Below, piece by piece: positions 1-9,060 of a stretch of DNA of 32,000 nucleotides. The notes beneath the pieces are model-generated. The model was given only the letters and a program-made list of their open reading frames with translations, had not been told where the DNA came from and ran no database searches. The position numbers and the translations under genes are program-made. Within the stretch, counting starts at the first letter, position 1. Each line of letters opens with the position of its first letter. The DNA is from Psychrobacter sp. DM4 (GTDB taxonomy: Bacteria > Pseudomonadota > Gammaproteobacteria > Pseudomonadales > Moraxellaceae), in NCBI RefSeq assembly GCF_051307035.1, contig NZ_CP195536.1:810001-842000 (forward strand). The letters are read 5' to 3'.

Positions 1-1
1 T

Positions 2-220
2 GATTCAAATAACTTTAATACTCGCTCACAAGATTTGGAAGAAGCTTGGCATGACGCAGGTCAGTTTTACTGGGGTAAAGCAGAGGCATGGTTATCTGAA
101 AAAATAATCTTTGGGCCTGAGTCTACCCCAGTTATTTTGCCAAGACATCGAGTACAAGATATAGATACCTTTGAAGATTGGGATAGGGCTGAATGGTTAT
201 TTAAGGCTATGCAAGTATGA
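2..220 (+). CDS. pseF: CMP-pseudaminic acid synthetase (cytidylyltransferase), 3' partial; the 5' end lies upstream of the window
   Basis: The frame is open from position 2. The C-terminal sequence HDAGQFYWGK...ILPRHRVQDIDTFEDWDRAE is typical of the NeuA/PseF cytidylyltransferase C-terminus. Its stop overlaps the pseG start (ATGA at 217-220). The pseG and pseI context points to PseF rather than NeuA or LegF. Confidence 0.8.
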   Translation, partial: DSNNFNTRSQDLEEAWHDAGQFYWGKAEAWLSEKIIFGPESTPVILPRHRVQDIDTFEDWDRAEWLFKAMQV

Positions 221-1320
221 AAGCAGTCTTTCGCTGTGATGCATCAATACAAATAGGTACTGGGCATGTCATGCGTTGTCTCACCTTAGCTGATGCCTTG
301 AGATCAGAAGGTGTAGAGAGTTATTTTATTTGTCGTGAGCATGTAGGGCATTTGCTTGAGCTTATTGCGCAGCGGGGTTATCAGTCGTACAGCTTACCTT
401 ATACAGACCAAGCACAAGAATCAGATGAAGATGTTCTAGAACATGCCAGCTGGTTAGGTGCGACGCAAAAAGAGGATGCTAAACGCTGCGGCGAGATACT
501 GCAAACATTACAGCCTGACTGGTTAATCGTTGATCACTATGCGCTAGATATATCTTGGGAAAGCGCTATGCGCTCATACTGTCAGAAAATTATGGTGATC
601 GATGACTTAGCAGATCGCTATCATGATTGTGATATTTTACTTGATCAAACCTATGGTTGTGATAGAGATAATTATGCTATATGGGTTCCTGAGAACTGCT
701 TAGTATTATGCGGTACTAATTATGCTCTGCTCCGACCAGAGTTTGCACAGTGGCGCGAGTATAGTCTTGATCGTCGCAAAACTGGTTGCTTAGACTATCT
801 GCTTATCAATTTAGGCGGAGTCGATAAAGATAATATGACGACAGAAATACTTAAAGGACTGCAAGAGAGCACTTTGCCTGAACACTGCAAAATAACAGTA
901 ATTATGGGTTCAACTGCCCCTTGGATCAAAAGTGTGAAAGATCAAGCAAGCCTAATGCGATGGCAAACTGAGATTAAAACTGGCGTAAGCAATATAGCCG
1001 AGATAATGTCAAATAGTGACTTAGCTATAGGTGCGGCTGGTTCTACTTCGTGGGAACGGTGCTGTTTAGGACTACCAACGATTATGCTGGTTTTAGCTGA
1101 AAACCAAAAAACTATTGCTAATTCCTTAGAGATCGTTAGTGCTGCATCTGTATTACCATTAAATTATATTAAAATAGGAAAGTTTTCGTTAGGGTTCGAT
1201 AAAGAATTAGACTCACTTTCATTAGTTACAATGAGCTTATCGGCTCGCAGTATTTGTGACGGCTTAGGTGTATATCGTGTTATTGAAGCCCTTAAACAAA
1301 GAGGTAGTAATGAATATTAG
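217..1320 (+). CDS. pseG: UDP-2,4-diacetamido-2,4,6-trideoxy-beta-L-altropyranose hydrolase (PseG, GT28-like fold)
   Basis: N-terminus MKAVFRCDASIQIGTGHVMRCLTLADAL is the characteristic PseG start. The C-terminal half (GAAGSTSWERCCLGLP) is MurG-like. ATGA overlap gives translational coupling with pseF, and the gene sits between pseF and pseI. Confidence 0.85.
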   Translation: MKAVFRCDASIQIGTGHVMRCLTLADALRSEGVESYFICREHVGHLLELIAQRGYQSYSLPYTDQAQESDEDVLEHASWLGATQKEDAKRCGEILQTLQPDWLIVDHYALDISWESAMRSYCQKIMVIDDLADRYHDCDILLDQTYGCDRDNYAIWVPENCLVLCGTNYALLRPEFAQWREYSLDRRKTGCLDYLLINLGGVDKDNMTTEILKGLQESTLPEHCKITVIMGSTAPWIKSVKDQASLMRWQTEIKTGVSNIAEIMSNSDLAIGAAGSTSWERCCLGLPTIMLVLAENQKTIANSLEIVSAASVLPLNYIKIGKFSLGFDKELDSLSLVTMSLSARSICDGLGVYRVIEALKQRGSNEY

Positions 1321-1954
1321 TTTTCTATGCAGCGACCAATTTCATCCTGTAAATGAATACATTAATAAATGGATAGAACAGCACTTTAGTGAACATCATA
1401 TTGAGCTTGTTAGTAGTAAAAGCGAACTATCTGGTGGTGATTTACTATTTTTGATCTCTTGTTCAGAAATAATAAATAGTGAAGATCGGAGTTCTTATAA
1501 AGCATGCTTAGTAATACATGCAAGTGATTTACCATTGGGTAGAGGTTGGAGTCCTCATATTTGGCAGATCTTAGAAGGTAAGAATGATATTACTATTAGT
1601 TTGTTAGAGGCTGAAGATAAAGTTGATAGCGGTCGTATTTGGAAGAAGCTAAACTTGAAAATATCGAGACATGCGCTTTGGAATGAAATAAATGAAAAGT
1701 TATTTGAAAAAGAGATAGAGCTGATTGATTTTGCCGTAAGTAATTTTGATAGTGTAATACCAGAACCACAAGACTTTAATCTGAAACCTACCTATTATCC
1801 TAAAAGGACACCAGCTGATAGCAAAATTGATGCGCTTAAAAGTATAGCTAGTCAATTTGACAGTATTAGAGTTTGCGACCCACATAGATTCCCTGCATTT
1901 TTTGAAATGGAAGGAAAAAAATATAAGATTATTTTGGAGAGAATTAATGACTAG
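1310..1954 (+). CDS. Formyltransferase-fold protein (Fmt/PurN N-terminal domain type) in the position normally held by the GNAT acetyltransferase PseH; putative sugar N-formyltransferase
   Basis: Motif HASDLPLGRGWSPHIWQILEG matches the formyltransferase H-x-S-L-L-P-x-x-R-G core. A downstream EAEDKVDSGRIW matches the catalytic Asp-x-G segment. I prefer the ATG at 1310 (MNISFL...), preceded by GAGG at 1301-1304, over the ORF-track start at 1268, which lies deep inside pseG. The gene overlaps pseG by 11 nt and pseI by 8 nt. Confidence 0.7.
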   Translation: MNISFLCSDQFHPVNEYINKWIEQHFSEHHIELVSSKSELSGGDLLFLISCSEIINSEDRSSYKACLVIHASDLPLGRGWSPHIWQILEGKNDITISLLEAEDKVDSGRIWKKLNLKISRHALWNEINEKLFEKEIELIDFAVSNFDSVIPEPQDFNLKPTYYPKRTPADSKIDALKSIASQFDSIRVCDPHRFPAFFEMEGKKYKIILERIND

Positions 1955-3005
1955 TTTTATTAATATTGATGGTCGTAAAATTGGTAGTGAGTTTGCACCA
2001 TATATTATTGCTGAAATGTCAGCTAACCATAATGGTGACTTAGATGTTGCTCTACGAATTATAAAAGAAGCAAAAGCAGCAGGCGCTGACGCACTAAAAA
2101 TACAAACTTATCGTCCAGACACCATAACTCTCAAATCAGACCTTCCTGATTTTCAGATTACGGATGGTTTATGGGCTGGACGTACTTTATATGATTTATA
2201 TGAGTGGGCGCATACTCCTTGGGAGTGGCATAAACCCTTGTTTGACTATGCGCGCGAATTAGATATTACTATCTTTAGCTCACCGTTTGATAATACAGCG
2301 GTGGATCTATTGGAGGACTTAAATGCTCCTGCCTATAAGATTGCTTCTTTTGAAGCGGTCGATTTACCCTTGATCAAATATGTAGCAAGCACGGGCAAGC
2401 CTATGATCATATCTACTGGTATGGCTGACGCGGAAGAGATTCAAGAAGCTATCAATGCTGCTAGATCCGGTGGCTGTAAAGAATTGGCTGTTTTGCATTG
2501 TGTCAGTGGCTACCCTGCGCCTAGTGAGGATTATAATCTACGCACGATTCCTAATATGATGGAGCGTTTTGGCTTAGTCACAGGCTTATCAGATCATACT
2601 TTGGATAACACGACTGCTATTGCCTCAGTAGTATTAGGTGCATCGATTATTGAAAAGCACTTTACGCTCGATCGCAATGCTAATGGTCCTGATGATAGCT
2701 TTTCTCTAGAACCTGCAGACTTAACGGCGCTTTGCCGAGATAGTAAAACTGCTTGGGCAGCGCTTGGTCAAGTAGATTACGGGCGCAAAGCTAGCGAACA
2801 GGGTAATGTGCAGTTTCGTCGTTCGCTATATTTTGTGAAAGACTTGAAAGCTGGGGATGTTATCACTGAAGATGCAGTACGCAGTGTGCGTCCTGGATTT
2901 GGATTGGCGCCTAAGTTTTTGGATGGGGTTGTTGGTGGTATAGCTAAACAAAATATTAGTAAAAATACTGCTGTTAGTCGTAATCTAATAAAACAGTTTA
3001 TCTGA
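1947..3005 (+). CDS. pseI: Pseudaminic acid synthase (PEP-condensing NeuB-family enzyme)
   Basis: IIAEMSANHNGDLDVALRIIKEAKAAGADALKIQTY is the PseI-type variant of the NeuB signature. A C-terminal SAF/antifreeze-like domain is present (FRRSLYFVKDLKAGDVIT). The ATG at 1947 (MTSFINIDGRKIG) is preferred; the ORF-track start at 1857 is an upstream extension overlapping the previous gene. Confidence 0.9.
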   Translation: MTSFINIDGRKIGSEFAPYIIAEMSANHNGDLDVALRIIKEAKAAGADALKIQTYRPDTITLKSDLPDFQITDGLWAGRTLYDLYEWAHTPWEWHKPLFDYARELDITIFSSPFDNTAVDLLEDLNAPAYKIASFEAVDLPLIKYVASTGKPMIISTGMADAEEIQEAINAARSGGCKELAVLHCVSGYPAPSEDYNLRTIPNMMERFGLVTGLSDHTLDNTTAIASVVLGASIIEKHFTLDRNANGPDDSFSLEPADLTALCRDSKTAWAALGQVDYGRKASEQGNVQFRRSLYFVKDLKAGDVITEDAVRSVRPGFGLAPKFLDGVVGGIAKQNISKNTAVSRNLIKQFI

Positions 3006-3047
3006 GTTATTATTAGTTGTCATTAATTCTTAATACGTGGAGTTAGA

Positions 3048-4130
3048 TTGAACAAAAGTACTTTAAAAAAATACAGTTTTTTTTATGATTTATCAGTCAG
3101 AAAGGGTGTTAATCATATATTTAATGAGTATTTAGGATTCGATGATAACAGTATCGTGCCTGTCAGTGTATCTCATGGTGTAGATTTCGAGCACTGCTAT
3201 TATCCAATGGACGTATATTATCCTGAACCTATTCATTGGGCGTACAATACCAGAATCTTTGAAAGAGCGAGGAAGACTAAACCATGCTTATTGATGGCTC
3301 ATCCTTGGTCAATAGCAGTTCATAAGAATAATTTACTGCAAGGTAATGGGACCTTACTTATCGGTCCACCGCCAGGAATTACAAACGATAAGTTACTTTA
3401 TGAAAAAGTGAAAAATGATATAGACTCAGACTGGTCCATACTTATAAAAGGAGGAGTGACGGAGTCAATGAGATTTTGGCGCGAAAAAGGAGTCAAGCCA
3501 ATCACAGCAGGTAACAATAGCAGCGATAAATTTTTTTATAACTTATTTCATATGCTATCTAATTATGAGAACATCGTTGCTTGTACATTTTCTAGTGCTG
3601 TAATATTCGCAGCTTCGATTGGAAAAAGAATAACATTCATAGATGGCTATAGATATGTTTCATACGATACTCCTGAATACCTAGACATAATAAACTTTGA
3701 ATCTGATTATTCAAGGTTTGTTGTTTCTGAGTTTTTTAACAATACTCAAGACAGTGTTACCTTACTGGCTAAAGAAATATTAGGCTTTGACCTATTACCA
3801 CAGAGAAATAGAGTTAAACAAGATTATTTTGAACTGTTGCAAGAGATTGACAACCCTATTTTTTCTAGATTAGAAAACAATAGTTTCTTGCAATATAAAG
3901 CTTTTTTGGCTAAAGCTCTCAATAAACGAAGTCTTATAAATAAATCTTTCATGGATATAATAATATCTACTAAAAACGCAGTTATTGATACAAAAAAATT
4001 CGCAATGATAAAAGAGTTGGACGAGAATTCGATATGGCTCAATGGAAAAAATGATAATAATTTTAGTAGCTTTCTCGTCCCTTATGAGAAAGGAGTCACG
4101 ATTCCAGGTGATGCTGTTGACAAGTATTAA
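3048..4130 (+). CDS. Hypothetical protein of unrecognised family, Lys/Asn/Ile-rich and soluble-looking; positional candidate for a glycosyltransferase or modifying enzyme
   Basis: Long uninterrupted ORF co-oriented in the operon. TTG start at 3048 with a GGAG Shine-Dalgarno at 3038-3041. I recognise no GT2 DXD, GT4 E-x7-E, Walker or cofactor motif. Confidence 0.6.
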   Translation: MNKSTLKKYSFFYDLSVRKGVNHIFNEYLGFDDNSIVPVSVSHGVDFEHCYYPMDVYYPEPIHWAYNTRIFERARKTKPCLLMAHPWSIAVHKNNLLQGNGTLLIGPPPGITNDKLLYEKVKNDIDSDWSILIKGGVTESMRFWREKGVKPITAGNNSSDKFFYNLFHMLSNYENIVACTFSSAVIFAASIGKRITFIDGYRYVSYDTPEYLDIINFESDYSRFVVSEFFNNTQDSVTLLAKEILGFDLLPQRNRVKQDYFELLQEIDNPIFSRLENNSFLQYKAFLAKALNKRSLINKSFMDIIISTKNAVIDTKKFAMIKELDENSIWLNGKNDNNFSSFLVPYEKGVTIPGDAVDKY

Positions 4131-4148
4131 TTTATTTGGAGATGTTTT

Positions 4149-5219
4149 TTGAAAGTTTTGATCCTAGGTGGCAATTTTGATAATTCTGGTGGTACTGAGC
4201 GTGTTGGTACCATGCTTGCTAATGGTCTATCTGAAGCAGGTTATGAGATATTATTAGCCAGTATTTCAGGTGGCAATAAACCTTTTTTTTCGTTAAACGA
4301 AGAGATTAAACTTTTTTCGTTATTTGATACGATAGGCCGTACTCTACCTCGCACTCCTAGTCTCGTATATAAAATCAGAAAATTACTAAAAGATGAGCAT
4401 ATTGATATTTTAATAGTAGTAGAAACTATGGCTGTTTTGTTTACCTTACCTGCAACTATAGGATTGTCAGTTAAACATATTTGTTGGGAGCATTTCAATT
4501 TTAACAGTGATCTGGGTAAGTCTGGAAGACGTCTAGCTCGACAGCTGGCAGCACGCTACTGTGATTCTGTAGTTACTCTAACGGAAAGAGATAAAAGCTA
4601 TTGGTTACAAGGCACTCATCATAAATCACAAATAACAGCTATCGCCAATCCTTGCCCTTTTTCTGTGCAAACATATGTTGAAAGAGAAAACACAAAGGTA
4701 GTTCTGGCTGTTGGTCGTCTTACTTATCAGAAAGGGTTTGATTTACTACTTGAGTCTTGGGTTCAAGTAAGTGAAGCGATGCCAGACTGGAAATTAAAAA
4801 TTGTTGGCGAAGGTGAAGATAGAGCCAAGTTAACAAATTTCATCAAAGAAAATGAACTAAATGATAGCGTAGAGTTAGTTGGCAACACTGATAGCGTAAG
4901 TCAATATTATGAACAAACTGAAATATTTTGTTTAAGCTCTCGTTTTGAAGGCTTTCCAATGGTTTTGCTTGAGACCTTAGCCTTTGGTTTACCTGTAGTT
5001 AGTTTTGATTGCGATACTGGTCCAGAAGAAGTACTAGAAAATACAGGGTCTATTTTAGTGTCGCAGAAGGACACCAGTAAGTTTGCTTCATCCTTGATTG
5101 AGTTAATGATTGATGAGGAAAGGCGTAAGATTATTAGTATGAGAAGTAAAGAAAAAGCTCAAATTTATCAACCTGAAAATATAATTAAACAATGGACTGA
5201 TTTGATCACAAACCTTTAG
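4149..5219 (+). CDS. Glycosyltransferase family 4 (GT-B, retaining type)
   Basis: N-terminus MKVLILGG...GGTERV. C-terminal SRFEGFPMVLLETLAFGLPVVSFDCDTGPEEVL is the GT4 E-x7-E region. TTG start at 4149 with GGAG at 4138-4141. Confidence 0.85.
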   Translation: MKVLILGGNFDNSGGTERVGTMLANGLSEAGYEILLASISGGNKPFFSLNEEIKLFSLFDTIGRTLPRTPSLVYKIRKLLKDEHIDILIVVETMAVLFTLPATIGLSVKHICWEHFNFNSDLGKSGRRLARQLAARYCDSVVTLTERDKSYWLQGTHHKSQITAIANPCPFSVQTYVERENTKVVLAVGRLTYQKGFDLLLESWVQVSEAMPDWKLKIVGEGEDRAKLTNFIKENELNDSVELVGNTDSVSQYYEQTEIFCLSSRFEGFPMVLLETLAFGLPVVSFDCDTGPEEVLENTGSILVSQKDTSKFASSLIELMIDEERRKIISMRSKEKAQIYQPENIIKQWTDLITNL

Positions 5220-5304
5220 TTCTTTATAGTATTGAATTGATATATTATTACAACACGCTGATAGTAAGTACTATTCTCGTTAACCGTATATTTGGAATCA
5301 TAGA

Positions 5305-6387
5305 ATGAATATACTCCATATCATTTCTGCTCCAGCATCAGGTGGGGCTGAAGTCTACGTCAAAGATTTGGTTAAGCATTTAGCCAAGCAGCATAATGTA
5401 CATGTCGCGTTTTTAAGCTCAGCTGCAGATGCTGGACGTGATATAGAGTATGAAGCACGTTTTTTAGAAGACTTACAGGCATCTGGAGTACAGACCTATG
5501 TCATCGGTAATGAGACTCGTAAAAAACCTTGGTTAGGTATGATACGACTAAGAAGATACGTTAAAGACAATCATATAGAGATATGCCATACTCATCTCGC
5601 TTATAGCATTATCTTTTCAGCTTTATTGAGAGTACCTGTCGTGTACACGCATCATTCTATTGAACCTCGATGGGGTAGAATAACCTATCGTGCTTTTAAT
5701 AAGTTAATTGATGAATACGTCGGCATATCTAAAAAGTGTGCGTCAGCATTAGAAAGTTATACCAATCGTAGAGTAACTACTATAAATAATGCGGTTTCAA
5801 AAGATAAGTTCGATGGGTACGTTAGAATCAGGTCATACAACGGCATTGTCAAAATCGCCATGGTTGGTCGCTTAACGGCGCAGAAAGATTACTATACTAT
5901 GTTAACAGCATTGACATTAGTTGATGCCAATACTCGCCAAAGAATAAAAGTATCAATTGCTGGTGAAGGGAGTGATGAGTATAAACGAGAGTTATCATCT
6001 TTTATAAGATCCAACAAACTAGAAGATCATGTTCAATTAGTAGGTGTTATAAGTAATATCCCAAAGTTTCTTTATGATGCTGATATTTTTCTTATGACTT
6101 CAGCATGGGAGGGACTCCCTATAGCGTTGACTGAGGCTACAGTATCAGGATTACCTTGTATAGTTACTAATGTGGGAGGTTGCATTGAGGTTATTGAACG
6201 CAGTAATAATGGTAGGGTCGTAAAACCAAATGATCCTCAAGCTATCGCTAATGCAATTACTAAGTTTGTTACTGACAAATCTCTTATAGAAAAACTCTCT
6301 CAAAATGCTATTGATAGTGCCGATTATTATGCTATAAGTAGAGCTGCAGATTTGCATATCAGCTTATATGAATCGATGCTTCAATAA
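5305..6387 (+). CDS. Glycosyltransferase family 4
   Basis: MNILHIISAPASGGAEVYV at the N-terminus. VGRLTAQKDY and SAWEGLPIALTEATVSGLPCIVTNVGG form the GT4 nucleotide-sugar binding half. Confidence 0.85.
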   Translation: MNILHIISAPASGGAEVYVKDLVKHLAKQHNVHVAFLSSAADAGRDIEYEARFLEDLQASGVQTYVIGNETRKKPWLGMIRLRRYVKDNHIEICHTHLAYSIIFSALLRVPVVYTHHSIEPRWGRITYRAFNKLIDEYVGISKKCASALESYTNRRVTTINNAVSKDKFDGYVRIRSYNGIVKIAMVGRLTAQKDYYTMLTALTLVDANTRQRIKVSIAGEGSDEYKRELSSFIRSNKLEDHVQLVGVISNIPKFLYDADIFLMTSAWEGLPIALTEATVSGLPCIVTNVGGCIEVIERSNNGRVVKPNDPQAIANAITKFVTDKSLIEKLSQNAIDSADYYAISRAADLHISLYESMLQ

Positions 6388-6452
6388 ACACTATCTTAAA
6401 ATTAACCGGTTCTATAGTTTGAATGTATTAGTATAATTTATAGGGATTCCCC

Positions 6453-7805
6453 ATGTCTTTAAAAGAGGATCTAGTACGTCGTAGTCCACATTTAGTACAG
6501 AACTTAGCCATTAGTATCTTTAACACCTACCAGTATAAAGTCCGACATGGTGGTGACTATCAAAAGTACAGAAAGTACTTTTCAAAATTCTCGGACGCGT
6601 CACTATCTGAAATCGAGTCAGAGCAACGTAACCGATTAGAAAAATTCTTAAATAAAAGCGTCGTTAGGTCCGAATGGTATAGTCCTTACAAGGACTACCA
6701 GTCTTTGGAAGACTTTCCGCTACTGTACAAAAAAGATATTATCGAAAACTTAGATTCAATTACTACTGTAAAAGAAAAAGAGGCCGTTGCGAACTTCACT
6801 GGTGGCACTACAGGTGCCTCTATGAAGGTGCTTTATACAAAAGATAATGTTCAAGAGCGTAATGCATTGTTAGACCATTTTAGAGCACACTATGGATATA
6901 AGTTAGGTAAAAGATGTGCTTGGTTCAGTGGTAAAAATATAATTACTGAGAAAGATCTTAAAAAAGGAATCTGTTATAAAGACGACTACATCAATCGTAT
7001 TCGTTTTTTTTCGACGTTCCATATTACTGATGCTAACTTCGATGTGTATTGGACAGCATTTTGTAAGTTTGCTCCTGAGTTTATAGTAGGCTTTCCATCT
7101 AGTGTTTATGAGCTATGTGCAATGGCCGCAAGTCGGAATTTAAAACTTGAGAATAAAGTAGAAGCTTTTTTCCCGACTGCTGAGACACTACTGCCTGTAC
7201 ATCGCGAAATTATTCAATCCGTGTTGAGATGTAAGATCGCTGATCAATATGCATCTTCAGAAGGTGCGCCATTTATTTTAGAATGCACAGAAGGTAGTCT
7301 TCATATTCATCCACTGACCGGGATATTTGAAGTGGTTGATGAGAATCTACAACCAGCTCAAGAAGGCGAAATTTTAGTTACTTCTTTTACAACTGAAGGC
7401 ACACCTTTGATACGTTATCGTATAGGAGATCGCATTACACTTGCTCCAAAGGAGTTCAAATGTAATTGTGGTTCTGCTTTTCCACTAGTTGAAAAAATTG
7501 AAGGGCGTTCTACTGATTATATTCTTTCTCCAACATATGGTAAGGTAAACCTTGGTAATATAAGCAATTCTACAAAAGGCGTGAAAGGGGTTATTAGCTT
7601 TCAAGTGATTCAAAACGAGTTGGAAAAAGTAGAAGTTCTAATCATTGCCAATGACAATTTTAATAAAAAACAACAAGAAAAATTTTATCATGCGCTATCT
7701 GAGCGTTTTGGTGTGAATATGTCAATCAGTATGAATTTAGTAGATAACATTCCTAAAGAAAAGAGTGGTAAATTTAGAGTTGTCAAAAACAATATTAAAC
7801 CATAG
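6453..7805 (+). CDS. Adenylate-forming enzyme of the ANL superfamily, CapK / phenylacetate-CoA ligase / coenzyme F390 synthetase-like
   Basis: ANL core motifs appear in order: FTGGTTGASMKV (A3 P-loop-like), YASSEGA (A5), YRIGD (A7), EGRSTDYI (A8) and a C-terminal EKSGKFRVV (A10 Lys). Size is about 450 aa, as for PaaK/CapK-type proteins. Confidence 0.75.
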   Translation: MSLKEDLVRRSPHLVQNLAISIFNTYQYKVRHGGDYQKYRKYFSKFSDASLSEIESEQRNRLEKFLNKSVVRSEWYSPYKDYQSLEDFPLLYKKDIIENLDSITTVKEKEAVANFTGGTTGASMKVLYTKDNVQERNALLDHFRAHYGYKLGKRCAWFSGKNIITEKDLKKGICYKDDYINRIRFFSTFHITDANFDVYWTAFCKFAPEFIVGFPSSVYELCAMAASRNLKLENKVEAFFPTAETLLPVHREIIQSVLRCKIADQYASSEGAPFILECTEGSLHIHPLTGIFEVVDENLQPAQEGEILVTSFTTEGTPLIRYRIGDRITLAPKEFKCNCGSAFPLVEKIEGRSTDYILSPTYGKVNLGNISNSTKGVKGVISFQVIQNELEKVEVLIIANDNFNKKQQEKFYHALSERFGVNMSISMNLVDNIPKEKSGKFRVVKNNIKP

Positions 7806-7815
7806 AGATAACTGA

Positions 7816-9000
7816 ATGTCAGACCTAAGTTGGATCTATAGTTACGGATTTTTAGGTATTAGGCTGTTCGAGTTGCCTAGTCTACTAATATGCTTATTAA
7901 TAATATTTTTACTTGGGTATAAATTTGAATTAAAGCAGAAATATCAAGTTTTATTAGCTTTACATTGTTTTCTACCTTTCGTTCTGAACGACGTCCTATT
8001 CAATGCCTCTTATATGCCTGATCAATTTAAATACTGGCGTGCTGTTAATAGTTTAAGAAATGGCGAATTGAGTTTCACTCAGGCATTCATAAGTGATGGC
8101 AATGTAAATCAGGCTAGTTTCTTCTTTGCTTTACTCCCATTTCCTACTCCTGTATCTCCTATTAGTTTGGGGTTCTATAATACCTTTTTATATATCATTC
8201 TGTTTTTTGTACTGTATGTAAAAAAGATATTTACAGATGTATCTATATGGTTCTACTTACTATTCCCCAGCGCTGCGCTTTATACTGCGTTAAGTTTAAG
8301 AGAGACTTTAATTTTCTTTTTTATGACACTTACTATAGTCTATGCTCGCGAATCTAAAATTTTTAGAAGTGCTCTTTTTATTATTCCTATATACCTAATA
8401 AAGTTTCAAAATTTCTTTATCTTAGGTCCTATCGTTCTAATGTACTTCTTGTTTAATGTAGCCAAAAAAGGCATGAGTCTGACTAAAGCACTGGTAATTG
8501 GTGCTATTAGTTTAATTGGGTTATTGCTTTCTGCTCCTATCGCTATTCCATTAGTGAATACTTTTAGAGTTGCAATGTTCGTGGAAGATGGTGGTAATAA
8601 AGACGAAATCAGTCTTATTGCTGGCGCAGGTGACTTTGTATTTCAGGGTTTAACTTCAGCATTGTACTTCTTAGCCAAACCGTTACCATGGGAAGCGAGT
8701 AATGCTCTTCAATTAGTACAATCAGTAGAAAACTTAGCAATACTAGCTGTCTTATTATTGATTACTCGTCAAGCTTGGAAATTGAGACCGGACAAGCTTG
8801 CTTTTTGGTTATTATTCTTGGCTTTTTCAATGTCTATCTATGGTCTAGTGGTGTTTAACTACGGCACTGCTGTGCGTTATCGTTATCCGTTCGTTATAAT
8901 CTATGTGATATTTGTCTGTGCAGATTGTAATATCACAAGATTAAGAAGTCATAAAAGAGCAAAAAGCCATACCCAGCCTATGACGAAGAGCTTGGACTAA
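7816..9000 (+). CDS. Polytopic inner-membrane protein (about 10-11 predicted TM segments), putative oligosaccharide repeat-unit polymerase (Wzy-like)
   Basis: Highly hydrophobic with many Phe/Leu/Ile-rich segments. It has a larger hydrophilic loop (RVAMFVEDGGNKDEISLIAGAGDF) late in the protein, as in many Wzy proteins. No transporter or MBOAT motif recognised. The function is inferred from topology and context only. Confidence 0.45.
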   Translation: MSDLSWIYSYGFLGIRLFELPSLLICLLIIFLLGYKFELKQKYQVLLALHCFLPFVLNDVLFNASYMPDQFKYWRAVNSLRNGELSFTQAFISDGNVNQASFFFALLPFPTPVSPISLGFYNTFLYIILFFVLYVKKIFTDVSIWFYLLFPSAALYTALSLRETLIFFFMTLTIVYARESKIFRSALFIIPIYLIKFQNFFILGPIVLMYFLFNVAKKGMSLTKALVIGAISLIGLLLSAPIAIPLVNTFRVAMFVEDGGNKDEISLIAGAGDFVFQGLTSALYFLAKPLPWEASNALQLVQSVENLAILAVLLLITRQAWKLRPDKLAFWLLFLAFSMSIYGLVVFNYGTAVRYRYPFVIIYVIFVCADCNITRLRSHKRAKSHTQPMTKSLD

Positions 9001-9060
9001 ATTAGACCATTTACTGAATAAACTTCCCTCATTTATATCTCAATATACTGTGTGCTACTT

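Noticed and set aside
3288-3310. An 'HP' dipeptide (LLMAHPWSI) in the orphan protein, reminiscent of the HP motif of bacterial sialyltransferases.
   Set aside because: The sialyltransferase HP motif lies in the C-terminal nucleotide-binding half and is accompanied by a D/E-D/E-G motif. Here the HP is near residue 85 and no matching second motif is seen. A dipeptide match is not evidence.
7816-9000. Possibility that the membrane protein after the adenylating enzyme is a DltB/MBOAT-type acyltransferase.
   Set aside because: I recognise no conserved MBOAT histidine-containing motif and there is no small carrier protein (DltC/ACP-like) ORF nearby. Topology with a late large loop fits Wzy-like polymerases better. 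The idea is kept only as a low-weight alternative in the finding.
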